A stretch of DNA of 64,000 bases from Mobula hypostoma (taxonomy: Eukaryota), in assembly GCF_963921235.1 (NCBI RefSeq), contig NC_086097.1, positions 180,050,001 through 180,114,000 of the forward strand, written 5' to 3'. A program made the translations under genes and the position numbers. Below are positions 1-12,400 of this stretch, piece after piece. The notes beneath the pieces are model-generated. The model was not told the origin of the DNA and searched no databases. It saw only the letters and a program-made list of their open reading frames with translations. The first letter of the stretch is position 1. Each line of letters starts with the position of its first letter.

Positions 1-133
1 TTCATCTTACTGATGTTGAATGCCAGATTGTTGCTGTGGCACCACTCCATTAGTTGGCATATCTCACTCCTGTACGCTCTCGCGTCACCACCTGAGATTC
101 TACCAATTAGATACTTGCATGAAGGAACAGGTG

Positions 134-168
134 TACAGGTGTACCTAATAAAGTGGCTCCTGAATGTA
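134..168. mobile_element. Tc1/mariner-like terminal inverted repeat fragment
   Basis: tacaggtgtacctaataaagtggctcctgaatgta resembles a Tc1-type terminus ending in TA; single end only. Confidence 0.45.
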
Positions 169-804
169 CCGTGAAATGTGTAATTTGAATTAACAACCAA
201 CACAATCTGAGGATGTGCTGGGTCAGCCTGCAAGTGGCGCCACACATGTCCACAATGTTCAGTGGAACAACACACAACAAGCAACAACAGCAATCTCCTT
301 TCCCACCAACCCCCACCCACAACACGCTGCCAGAGGACCTGATGGAGGCAGGAAGAGTGACAACACTTAAGAGGCGTCAGAACAGGTACCTGAATGAGCA
401 GAGCACAGAGGAATTTGGAATTAATGCAGGAAAATGGGATTAGTACAGACAGGTATTATGTTTCTGTGCTGTGCAACTCTGTGAGCTGCAACTGTCCTGG
501 GCAGTTGCAATGATTCTGCAGCTTTACCTCTGTTCCTGCCGCACCTCACATTCTGATGCTCCTGCCTGCTCCTTCCAATCAAAGCATTTTGAGGTTTTTG
601 GAAAAAACTGACATTGGCCATAGAGTCTCTCCTTGTTCTTTCCACATACTAGTCTTCTGTTTTGTTGGACCTGCATAGTTTGTAAAGGTGCTCTCTGCAC
701 TCAGTCTAACGTAGAATCAAACATCAATCAAATATAAAATCAAAATCAGATTTATCACCACTGATGCAAACAACATGTTCTATTTTATGTTTCAGCAGAG
801 GTAC

Positions 805-2012
805 ATAGAAACATAGAAATCTACAGCATATTTCAAGCCTTCAGCCCACAATGTTGTACTGACCATGTAACCTACTCTAGAAATTGCCTAGAATTTCCCT
901 ACCACATAGCCCTCTATTTTACTAAGCTCCATGTACCTATCTAAGAGTCTATTAAGAGACCCTATTGCATCTGCCTCTACCACCATCGCTGGCAGTGCAT
1001 TCCACACAACCACCACTCTCTGTGTGAAAAATGTACCTCTGACATCCCTTCTATACCTACTTCCAAACACCTTAAAACTGCCCTCTTGTGTTAGCCATTT
1101 CAGCCCTGGGAAAATCTGACTATCCACACGATCAATGCCTCTCATCATTTTGTACACCTCTGTCAGGTCACCTCTCATCCTCCATCACTCCAAGGAAAAA
1201 AGGCCAAGTTCACTCAACCTAATCTCATAAGGCATGCTCTCTAATCTAGGTAACATCCTTGTAAATCTCCCCTGCAATCTCTCTATAGTATCCACATCCT
1301 TCCTGGAGTGAGGTGACCAGAACTAAACACAGTACTCCTAGTGGGGTCCAACTAAGGTCTTAGCTGTAACATTACCTCACGGCTCTTGAACTCAATCCCA
1401 CGGTTGATGAAGGCCAACTTACCATACGCCTTCTTAACAACACTATCAACCTGCATAGCAGCTTTTAGTGTCTTATGGACATGGACCCCAAGATCTCACT
1501 GACCCTCCACGCTGCCGCGAGTCTTACCATTAATATTATATGCTGTCTTCGTATCTGACTTACTGAAATTAACCACTTCACACTTATTTAGGTTGAACAC
1601 ATCACCCAGTTCTCAGCCCAGTTTTGCAAGCTATCGATGTTGCACTGTAACCTCTGATAACCATCCAGACTATCCACAACACCCCAACTTTTGTGTCATC
1701 AGCTAAGTTACCAGCCCACCCTTCTACTTCCTCATCCAGTTCATTTATAAAAATCACAAAGAGGAGGGGTCCCAGAACAGATCCCTGTGGAACACCACTG
1801 GTTACCATCTTCCATGCAGAATACGAACCATCTACAACCACCCTTTGCCTTCTGTGGTCAAGCCAATTCTGGATCCATAAAGCAAAGTCTCCTTGGGTCC
1901 CATGCCTTATTTCTTTCTGAATGAGTCTTGGACGGGGAACCTTATCAAATGCCTTACTGAAATCCATATACACTGCATCTACTGCTCTACCTTCATCAAT
2001 GTGTTTTGTTAC
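805..2012 (-). mobile_element. CR1 LINE 3' fragment (RT to tail), decayed
   Basis: Minus-strand [32 protein letters not shown]; (catagaaa)n tail at ~804-820. Confidence 0.9.
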
Positions 2013-2013
2013 A

Positions 2014-2560
2014 GGTACAGTGCTAAGACATAAAAATACAAATATAAGTAAATAGTGCCAAAACTGGAATAATGAAGTAGTGTTCATAGGTTCATGACCA
2101 TTCAGAAATCTGATGGTGGAGGGGAAGAAGCTGTTTCTGAATCTTTGAGTGTAGCTCTTCAAGCTCCTATAGTTCCTCCCTAATGCAAGTAATGAAAAGG
2201 TGACATGTCCCAGATGCCGAGGGTCCTTAATGATGGTTTCTGCATTCTTGAGGCACTGCTTTTTGAAGATGTCCTCGATAGGGCCATGATATAGCTGGCT
2301 GAGTCTCCAACCCTTTATGCAGTTTTTTTTGATTCTGTGCACTGCAGCCTCCATAGCAAGTGGTGACGCAACCAGTCAGACTGCTCTTCTCCATACATAC
2401 TGTATATAGAAATTTGAAAGAGTTTTAACGACATAAGAAATCTCTTCAAACTCCTCATGGAGTGATCCTGGTCTGCCTTCTTTGTGATTGCATCTATATT
2501 TTTGGCCCAGGATAGATCCTCCAAGATGTTGATCCTCAGGAACTTGATGCTGCCCATCCT
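2014..2560 (-). mobile_element. Rex1/Babar-like LINE 3' fragment
   Basis: Minus-strand KFLRINILEDLSW..IDAITKKA and IIKDPRHLGH..FSLL..GR.YRSLK...RFRNSFFP. Confidence 0.7.
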
Positions 2561-3829
2561 TTCCAAAGTCAAAGCCAGAGCCGAGTTTATTGTCATATGC
2601 GCAAGTGCAATGGTAAAATTTACAGTATGTACAGCAGCAGCACAAGCACATAGCATCATAAGTAGCATTCACAAGTAAAACATAAATTAAACATAAATTA
2701 TACAATATGTTTACAAGAACAACCCCAATTAGAACAAAAGAAGTCTATTTTAGTGCAAATTGGTCGAAGTGTTCATGGCGTTACTGAATAGTTGAAGTTC
2801 CTGACCTGGTGGCGTGGGACTACAGACTTCTGTACCTCCTGCCTGATGGTACCTGTAAGACGGCAGCAGGCCCCAGATGGTGGGGATCTTTGATGATAGA
2901 TGCTGCCTTCTTGAAACAGTGCCTCCTGTAAATGCTACCGATGGTGGGAAGGGATGTGCCCATGATGCATTGGACAGGGGCCACTAGTCTCTGCAGCTTC
3001 TTTCATTCCTTTGTATTTGAATTGTTGCATCAGACCATAATACAACCAGTCAGGATACCTTCAACAGTACATCTGAAGAAGTTTTCTAGAATGTTCAGTG
3101 ACAAGCTGAATTTTCTTACCCTACTAAGAAAGTAAAGAGCTCTCGATGAGGACTGGTGTCTGTTTCTCCCAATTTACACTTCCTGAAGTCTATAATCAGT
3201 TCTTTAGTCTTGCTAATATTGTGTGAGGGATTGTTGTGACACCATTCAACCAATCTATCTCACTTCTGTATCCCTCCTAGTTTCCATCGGAGTTTCTACC
3301 AACAGCAGTAGTGATCAGAAGGAAAGAACAGCAGCGCTCCGGCATGGGAGTCCTCCGGCCAAATTATCAACCACCCATCCCCTCTACTGCCCTGAAACCA
3401 GCATCTTTAGCAGCAACCCTTAATGCAAGAGTTTTAATTTTGCTGACAAGTCTCATTTGTGGAGCAACAAACAACGTGCTGGAGGAACTTGGCAGGTCAG
3501 GCAGCCTCTGAGGAGGTAAGTAAATAGTCGATGTTTTGAGTCCTTTTGCAACTATAACTGAGTAGCTCCAGTAGATTGTTTGTTGCGCAAGATCTCAGTA
3601 TCTACAATCTCTTGTGTCTTTATTGTGTGGCCTTCATCAAACAAACCATACAACACATCTTCCACATTCTCCTTATCAATTCTCCCTTTTTCTCATTAAA
3701 TAAAAGTCATTATTAGTTCGACCTCTAACAAATATGACTTGTTTTACTCAATTAATGCATACTCTTCCATTCAGTTTTGAGCTGGATTGCTCATAGCTTT
3801 CCTACCACTGAGTTCCACTGGAGACACAA

Positions 3830-4590
3830 GAGAGCCTGCAGCAACTCTGCAACTGGATCCTTAACTTCTGCATAAAGAAACCATAGTCACTGCAGATCAA
3901 AAATAACAATTCCTCCTCATTAGTAATCAATGGAGGCACACCTTGAGAATGTGTGCTTACCCACTGCTCTACTCCCTCTATACTAACGACTATATGGCTA
4001 GGTACAGCTCAAACGTCATCTATAAATTCGTCGATGACATCACTGTTGTTGGCAGAATTTCAAATGGCATCAAGGAGACGTAACAAGAGTGAGGTAGATT
4101 TGCTAGTGGAGTGGTGTTGCAACAACAGACTCGCACTTGACGTCAGCAAGACCAAAGAATTGATTGTGGACTTTGAGAAGGGCAAGTGAGGAGAACACAC
4201 ACCGGTCCTCATCAAGGGGTCAGCATCAGTGGAAAAGGCAAACAGCTTCAAGTTCCTGGGTGTCAACATCTCCGAAGAAATATCCTGATACAACGTGTTG
4301 ATGCGATCACAAAGAAGGCACAACAGTGGCTGTACCTCATTAGGAGTTTGAGGAGATTTGGTATGGCACCAAAGACACTGGCAAATTTCTACAGATGCAC
4401 CAATGGAGAGCAGTCTGGATGTGTCACTGCCTGGTATGGAGGCTCCAATGCACATGAACAACGAGGCTGCCGAGTGTTGTAAACTCAGGCAGCTCCATCA
4501 TGGGCATAACCCTCCCAACGATCATGGACATGAGATTTCTGAACTGTCCTTGAGCCCATGAACACTAGACGTTATTCCTTTTTATACTAG
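3830..4590 (+). mobile_element. Rex1/Babar-like LINE fragment
   Basis: KFVDD, LVEWCCNNRLALDVSKTKELIVDF, DAITKKAQQWLYLIRSLRRFGM across frameshifts. Confidence 0.75.
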
Positions 4591-4597
4591 TTATCTA

Positions 4598-5307
4598 TGT
4601 AGTCCCCTGGTAAGCCTCAGGCTCGCTCAACTCGCTGTCGTCAAGGAGGAGCAGCCTTCGGCCCTGTCAAACTGGATAATCAAGTTTGTGTGGATGCTGT
4701 GTGATGTACCCCACCCCGCCAGATAACAGACAATACACCATATGTGATTAAATGATGACAATTTATAGATATTACTGGAACTATGTAATTAATAGAGATA
4801 AAATATAAAAGGAAAGTAAAAGGTGCCAAACTTATCAAAGTTCAACCACTTAGTGTACAAAAAGTTGGAGCTCTAGTAACGATGCTCTTTTCACCATTCG
4901 ATCCCTTCTCACCACCTGGGACCAACCACGGTGGTCGACCAGACGCTCCACACGAGTCTGTCTTCGTCTTCTCTCCTCGTCGAAGACCCTGGACCTCGGA
5001 CTCCCGCTTAGGGTCCGTCCCGTCGGCCAGCTCACAGCATCGCATCCACTCTCTCTCTCTCTCTCTCCTCATCGCACCTTCTGCCTCAAAACCCGCGCAA
5101 CACAATGGCTTACAGACACACAAGAAAGAATAACATCTATCCCAATTGGTTCCTTTCCTCTGTTTTCAATAATATAACCCAAACAAGCAGAGAGAGAGAG
5201 AACTCCTTACATCACAGTCATTTCAGAAAAGCCATTTTAATTATAACATAACAAAGAAGCCATTTTGATTTGCCTATGCAGTAACATAAAAGAAGAAACC
5301 CCTTACA
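4598..5307 (-). mobile_element. Solo LTR (710 bp), probably Gypsy-type
   Basis: Termini TGTA...TACA; flanked by an exact 4-bp direct repeat TCTA (4594-4597 and 5308-5311); locally CpG-rich; orientation inferred. Confidence 0.8.
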
Positions 5308-5449
5308 TCTATATATTTAGTTATCTGTTTGTTTATTTATTTATTAATTATTGTAACTTATAGTAATTTTTATGTCCTGCACTGTCCTGTTGCCAGAAAA
5401 CAACTTTATGACATATGTTAGTGTTAATAAACCTGATTCTGATCCTGGA

Positions 5450-5810
5450 ATGCTGGAGTCGGGAACAGCACACATGATACTGGAGGAACTCAGAAGGTCA
5501 GGCAACATTTGTGGAGGGAACGGACATCTGAAATTTCAGGTTGAGACCCTTCATCAGGACTGGACAGAAAAATGGGAGATAGCTGGTATAAAAGGTGGGT
5601 TAAAGATCAGAGCAAGAACTGGCAGGTGATTAGTAGAATAGACAAAGGGCTAAAGATAATGGAATCTAATAAAAGAAAATGGTAGACCATGACACAAAGG
5701 AAAGGAAGTGAGGAGAGGTGGAGGGAGGAGTGTGTGGGACATGGGCAGATCGAGAGGGCAGGAGAGGGGATCAAGAAGGGGTGATAAGACTGATAAGATA
5801 AGAAAAACAA
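5450..5810 (-). mobile_element. Penelope-like terminal fragment with hammerhead core
   Basis: Reverse complement of 5526-5563 reads cagtc-CTGATGA-agggtctcaacct-GAAA; adjacent ctggaggaactcag..ggtcaggca family motif. Confidence 0.6.
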
Positions 5811-5819
5811 TTTAGTTTT

Positions 5820-6430
5820 GAGCAGTGGGTGTGGTGTTTACCGTATGGATTTTAGTAAGGCATTTGGACATAGTTGGCTCATTCAGCAGTCAGTAGGCAT
5901 GGAACACAGGGAAACTTGGCTGTGTCAGTTCAGATTTTTATGCCCACAGAAGGCAAAGGGTGGTAGTAGATGGAGCACGGTGACCAGCGGTGTTTCACAG
6001 GGATCTGTTCTGGGACCCCTGCTCTTTGTGATTTTTATAAATGACTTGGATGAGAAAGTGGAGGGTTGGGTTAGTAAGTCTGCAGAGGACACAAAGGTTG
6101 GTGGCATTGTGGGCAGTGTAGAAGGTTGTCATAGTTACAAAACAGGACACTGCCAGGATGCAGAGATGTGCTGAGAAGTGGCACATAAGATTTGGAAGGT
6201 TAAGCTTGAAGGCAAAGTACAGAGAAAGTAGCAGGATTCTTAACAACATGGAAGAACAGAGTGATCTTGGAGTCTATTCTTATAGATCCTCCAATGTTGC
6301 CATGCAAGTTGATGAGTGGTTAAGAAGGCATATGGTGTGGTAGCCTTCATTAGTCAGGGGATTGAGTTCAAGAGCTATGAGCTAATGTTACAGCTCTATA
6401 AAACTCTAGTTAGACCACACTTGGAGACTC
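5820..6430 (+). mobile_element. CR1 RT fragment, decayed
   Basis: [29 protein letters not shown]. Confidence 0.85.
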
Positions 6431-6689
6431 TGGTTGTCTCATTGTGAGAAAAGGCTGTACTACTCTATGTTCTAAAAGAGGGATCCAAAGTTGGAAATTG
6501 GAAAAATTGATGTTCAGTGGAGGGATCTTGACCAGAAACACAAACTGTCCGCTTCCTCCATGGACACTGCTTGACCTGCTGAGTTCTTCCAGCATCTTGT
6601 GCGTTACTACTGAATGTAACTGACTGGGATGTGGTTAATGGGACTACCAGGCAATTGGAAGATTATGGTTGACACCTCTAGACTGAAAT

Positions 6690-7110
6690 GCTTACCACCC
6701 TGGCAACCTATATTGCCCTTGTTTTCCCTTCTCCTTTTCACTCTCCACTCCTCCATCATCCACACCTTCCCCCCTCTGGTTCCCCACTTTCTTCCCTTTT
6801 ATTCCATGGACTAGTGTCTTCTCCTATCAGATTCCATCCTCTTCAACCATTGCTTCGTCTACCTATCACCTCCCAGTTTCTCACATCATTCCCACTCGCC
6901 CCTCCTCACCCGCTCTCCCCCTGTCACCTGGTCTCACCTATCACCTGCCAGCCCGTGCTCTCCCACCTCTCCCACCCAGTTATTCTGGCTTCTGCCCTGG
7001 TTCTTTCCAGTCGTGATGAAAGGTCACGGCTTGAAACGTTGACTGTTCATTCCCCTCCATTAGATGCTGTCTGACCTCCTGAGTTCCTCCAGCATTCTGT
7101 GTGTGTTGTA
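6690..7110 (+). mobile_element. Penelope-like terminal fragment with hammerhead motif
   Basis: Pyrimidine-rich tract, then cagtc-gTGATGA-aaggtcacggctt-GAAA-cgtt-gactg (7008-7045) and ctgagttcctccagcattctgtgtgt. Confidence 0.6.
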
Positions 7111-7171
7111 CGCTGTGTTTATTTGCCTCCTATACAGAGCCATGATTTCTAAGGCAACGCTGTCTTTAGAG

Positions 7172-7250
7172 CAGGAGTTTCCAACCAGAAGTCCATGGAC
7201 CCCTCATTAATGGTATAGGTTCCTGACATAATAAAGATTGGGAGCCCCTA
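7172..7250. mobile_element. 79-bp hAT (Charlie-like) MITE
   Basis: Imperfect TIRs caggagtttccaacc / gattgggagccccta (10/15) with 8-bp flanking repeat ctttagag / ctttatag. Confidence 0.65.
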
Positions 7251-7717
7251 CTTTATAGTGAAAAGCAGCTCATTATAGCCTTCAGGCCCACTATGGAATA
7301 CTTCAATTGCTTACGTATTTTGTTCAAATCAGTTACAAATTAAAATATGATGCAATGCAGATTATGAGACAATCAATATTAAACAGGATAACTGTCATTT
7401 TTACCACAATTGTTCTTTTCAATTAAAAAATAGTCTTAGCCAAATCTTTGTTAAAAATATCAGCCAAGCACAGGGAGACTGCCCCATGAGGACAAACAAT
7501 ATTCATTGTGAATGCTGCAACTGCTGATGCTTATCACAGTCAAATGAGCACACACAGAATTTACAGGATACACAAAGGCAAAATATTTTGAGCTAATCAC
7601 ATCAGAAGTAACGGAGCTGAGGGAAACAAGTTGGTATAAACATTTTCACTAGCCCGGTCCCACTAGGAATAATTTCTCCACTCTTCACATTTATCCTGCA
7701 AGAATCTCCTTTTATTT

Positions 7718-9218
7718 ATAGAAACATAGAAACATAGAAACATAGAAAATAGGTGCAGGAGTAGGCCATTCGGCCCTTCGAGCCTGCACCGCCATTTATT
7801 ATGATCATGGCTGATCATCCAACTCAGAACCCAGCCTTCCCTCCATACCCCGTGACCCCTGTAGCCACAAGGGCCATATCTAACTTCCTTTTAAACATAG
7901 CTAATGAACTGGCCTCAACAGTTTGCTGTGGCAGAGAATTCCACAGATTCACCACTCTCTGTGTGAAGAAGTTTTTCCTAACCTCGGTCCTAAAAGGCTT
8001 CCCCTCTATCCTCAAACTGTGACCCCTCGTTCTAGACCTCCCCAACATCGGGAACAATCTTCCCGCATCTAGCCTGTCCAATCCCTTTAGGATCTTATAC
8101 GTTTCAATCAGATCCCCCCTCAATCTTCTAAATTCCAACGAGTACAAGCCCAGTTCATCCAGTCTTTCTTCATATGAAAGACCTGCCATCCCAGGAATCA
8201 ATCTGGTGAACCTTCTTTGTACTCCCTCTATGGCAAGGATGTCTTTCCTCAGATTAGGGGACCAAAACTGCACACAATACTCCAGGTGTGGTCTCACCAA
8301 GGCCTTGTACAACTGCAGTAGTACCTCCCTGCTCCTGTACTCGAATCCTCTCGCTATAAATGCCAGCATACCGTTCGCCTTTTTCACCGCCTGCTGTACC
8401 TGCATGCCCACTTTCAATGACTGGTGTATAATGACACCCAGGTCTCGTTGCACCTCCCCTTTTCCTAATCGGCCACCATTCAGATAATAATCTGTTTTCC
8501 TATTTTTGCCACCAAAGTGGATAACTTCACATTTATCCACATTAAATTGCATCTGCCATGAGTTTGCCCACTCACCCAACCTATCCAAGTCACCCTGCAT
8601 CCTCTTAGCATCCTCCTCACTGCTAACACTGCCACCCAGCTTCGTGTCATCCGCAAACTTGGAGATGCTGCATTTAATTCCCTCATCCAAGTCATTAATA
8701 TATATTGTAAACAACTGGGGTCCCAGCACTGAGCCTTGCGGTACCCCACTAGTCACCGCCTGCCATTCTGAAAAGGTCCCGTTTATTCCCACTCTTTGCT
8801 TCCTGTCTGCTAACCAATTCTCCATCCACATCAATACCTTACCCCCAATACCGTGTGCTTTAAGTTTGCACACTAATCTCCTGTGTGGGACCTTGTCAAA
8901 AGCCTTTTGAAAATCCAAATATACCACATCCACTGGTTCTCCCCTATCCACTCTACTAGTTACATCCTCAAAAAATTCTATGAGATTCGTCAGACATGAT
9001 TTTCCTTTCACAAATCCATGCTGACTTTGTCCGATCATTTCACCGCTTTCCAAATGTGCTGTTATCACATCCTTGATAACTGACTCCAGCAGTTTCCCCA
9101 CCACCGACGTTAGGCTAACCGGCCTATAATTCCCCGGTTTCTCTCTCCCTCCTTTTTTAAAAAGTGGGGTTACATTAGCCACCCTCCAATCCTCAGGAAC
9201 TAGTCCAGAATCTAAGAG
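7718..9218 (-). mobile_element. Young 5'-truncated CR1 LINE with uninterrupted RT/C-terminal ORF2 frame
   Basis: Open from LDSGLVPEDW (~9215) to the stop at 7824, with NYRPVSLTS, QHGF, YLDFQKAFD, GVPQGSVLGP, KFADD; 3' stem-loop (ggtgcagg...cctgcacc); perfect (catagaaa)n tail 7718-7748. Confidence 0.97.
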
Positions 9219-9499
9219 CAACAGGGGGAATCTGTTGGCTGCAATCCTGTACACCCATACAAAAATGAATGCTTTAATAAAATAATTGGGTGGGTCTGTA
9301 AAAGGGGATGTGCAATGCAATTCGAAGTCAGAGTCAAGTTTATTGTCGTGTGCACAAGTCTGTGTATGCACAGGTGCAATGAAAAACGTACCTTCAGCAG
9401 CATCATAGGCTCAGAGCGTCAAATAAGCCGCATTCATGAGAAAAATATAAATTAATCGTAAATATACACTATTTTTACAAGAAAGCACAATTAGAAAAT

Positions 9500-12400
9500 C
9501 CATTAGAACATAGACTACAGGAACAGGCCATTCGGCCCACAATGTTGTGGCTGAACCAGCTAAAAAACAAATCAAAAACACCCTAACACTAATTCCTCCA
9601 ACCAACACCATGTCCATATCCCTCCATCTTCCTTACATCCATGTGCCTATCCAAACGCCTCTAATGTATTTGCCTCGACCACCACAACAGGCAGCACATT
9701 CCAGGCATCCATGACTCTCTGAGTGGAAAACTTACCCCTCACATCCCCCTTGAACCTACCCCCCTCACCTTCAATGCATGTCCTCTGGTTTTAGTCATTT
9801 CAACCCTGGGAAACAGATACTCTCTGTCTATTTAACCTATGCCTCTCTTAATCTTGTAAAGCTCTATCAGATCTCCAGTTCTCCAGAGAAGACAACCCAA
9901 GTTTATCCCAACCTCTCATGATAGCACACGCCCTCTAAACCAGGCAGCATCCTGGTAGACCTCTTCTGCACCCTCTCCAAAGCCTAAACATCCTTCCTAT
10001 AGTGGGGTGACCAGAACTGTATGCAATACTCCAGATGTGGCCTAATCAGAGTTTTATAAAGTTGGAAAATAATCTCCTGACTTTTGAACTCATTGCCTCA
10101 ACTAATAAAAGCAAGCATTCCATAAGCCTTCTTAACCTCCTTATTGACCTGTGTAGCCACTTCCAAGGAGCTGTGGACTTGGATCCCAAGATGTCTCTGC
10201 TCAGCAACACTGTTAAGGACTTTGCCACAACAGTGTACTGTCTCCTTGCATTTGCTCTACCAAAGTGCAACACCTCATATTTATCTGGGTTAAACTCTAT
10301 CTGCCATTTCTCAGCCCATATCTGCAACTGATCTATATCATGCTGTATTCTTTGCCAGTCTTCTACACTATCCACAACTCCACCAATCTTGCTATCATCC
10401 ACAAATTTATTAACCCACTGATCGACATTTTCATTCAGGTCATTTATATACATCACAAACAGGAGAGGTCCCAACACAGATCTCTGATTAGAGAACTCCA
10501 CTAATTACAGACCTCCAGCTTAAATAAGTCCCTTCAGCCACTACCCTCTGCCTTCTACGGGCAAGCCAGTTCTGAATCCAAACAGCCAATTCACCGTGGA
10601 ATCTTAATCTTAATCTTCTGGATTAGCCTCCCATGAGGGACTTTGTCAAATGCCTTACTAAAATCCATGGAGACAACATCCACTGCTCTACCCTCCTCAA
10701 TCTCTCTCTTCACCTTGTCAAAGGTTCAAAGGTACAACTTAATGTCAGAGAAATGTATACAATATACATCCTGAAATGTTTTTTCTTTGCAACCATCCAC
10801 AAAAGCAGAGGAGTGCCCCAAGAATGAATGACAGTTAAATGTTAGAACCCCAAAAGCTCCCCCCCCCAGCTTCCCTCCCTCCCGCGCTAAAGCGGCAGTA
10901 AGCAACAATCCCCCACCCCCCACCGGCAAAAATAAAGCGCACCCGCTACCAGCACTCAAGTGTGAGCAAAGATACAGACTTGCAGTTACCCCAAAGACTA
11001 CATTGTTCACCCGATAATTTGACATGCTGCGGGCTCTCTCTCTCCTAATAAGGGAGAAAGAGGTGATTCCATTTTCCAATGAGTGGGGAGACATAACAAA
11101 CAACTGGCTGGTTTACGATGTTAAAAAGTCCGTTACGTCACTTTTCTCGAGCTCTGTGCCTGGAGATCGCAAGGATGTCAGGTCCCCAGGCACACAGCAG
11201 ATGTTCTAACTCCCCCAATGACACACGGGTCTCCTGTGGGGACACTGACCCTTGATCCACTCATCTCCAGTTCCTCAAGATCCCAGGCTTCTGAATCCGT
11301 GCTGAAATCTTAGGCCGAGACTTTGGCATGCCGAATAGCAGCCGATTGTGGAATCCCGGGAGCAGTTCCCACTCCCGCAAAGAGCCGTAGTCAGCGTGTA
11401 ACTCCAAGTCGGGGTCTTCAAAAGAACCCTGAAAGGGAAAAATAGAAACATTAAAGATGGAAGTAGAGCTGTTTTCGAAGGTGCAAGCAAAGGAGCCACC
11501 GTTGGATGCCGTAACTATTTAGTTCCGCCTCCTCAAAAAACTCAACCAAGTTGGTAAGGTATGGCCTACCATGTACAACGTCATGCTGGCTCTTTCTACT
11601 TAGGCCATTCTCATATATCCTAGCCCTAAGAATTTTCTCCAGCAATTTCCTAACAATTGACATGAGACTCACTGGTCTATAGTTCCCAGGATTTTCCCTT
11701 GTTCCCTTCTTAAAAAGAGGTACAACATTTGCCACTCGCCAGTACTCCGGGACCTCACCTGTGGCTGGAGAGGACACAAAGATACTGGTCAAGGCCCCAG
11801 CAATCTTATCTCTTGCTTCCTTCAGTTACCTGGGGTAAATCCCATCAGGCCCTCGGGACTTACCACCTTAACACTCATTAGGAGGACCAACACTTCCTCC
11901 TCTTTGACCTCTAAACACCCTAATGGATTTATTCACTCAGCACTGATCTCCTGGTCCTCCATATCCTTTTCCTCGGTTGATACTGAAGCAAAGTACTCAT
12001 TATGTACCTCACACACATTCTCCTTATCCAAGTAAATGCCCCCCCCCCAACTTTATCCTTGAGTGGTCCCACCCTCTCCCTAATTATCCTCTTGCTCTTG
12101 ATGTAAGTGTAGAATGCCTTGAGAATAACCTTAAACCTACTTGCCAAGAACTTTTCGTGACCCTCCTCGTTTTCCTAATTCCTCTTTAGTTCTTTTCTGA
12201 CTTCTTTATACTCATCCTGTGCTTCGTTTGATCCTAATTTCCAAAACAATACATACTTTTCCTTTTTTTTTCTTGACTAAATTTATCACCTCTCTTTCCT
12301 TCCCCATCCTTCCTATGGAGCATAACTTTCCTCTACTCTGTGCAATTGATCTTCAAACACCCTCCACATGTCTGACGTGGACAGATGTTCCCAATTAATG

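Noticed and set aside
7701..9213. agaatct at both sides of the young CR1 as a TSD
   Set aside because: The right-hand copy is inside the CR1 coding sequence (DS codons) and the left one is not adjacent to the tail.
7824..9371. 515-aa ORF as a host or chimeric RT gene
   Set aside because: The first ~50 aa are chance read-through from flanking DNA into a 5'-truncated CR1; no promoter or splice evidence, and the standard CR1 tail follows.
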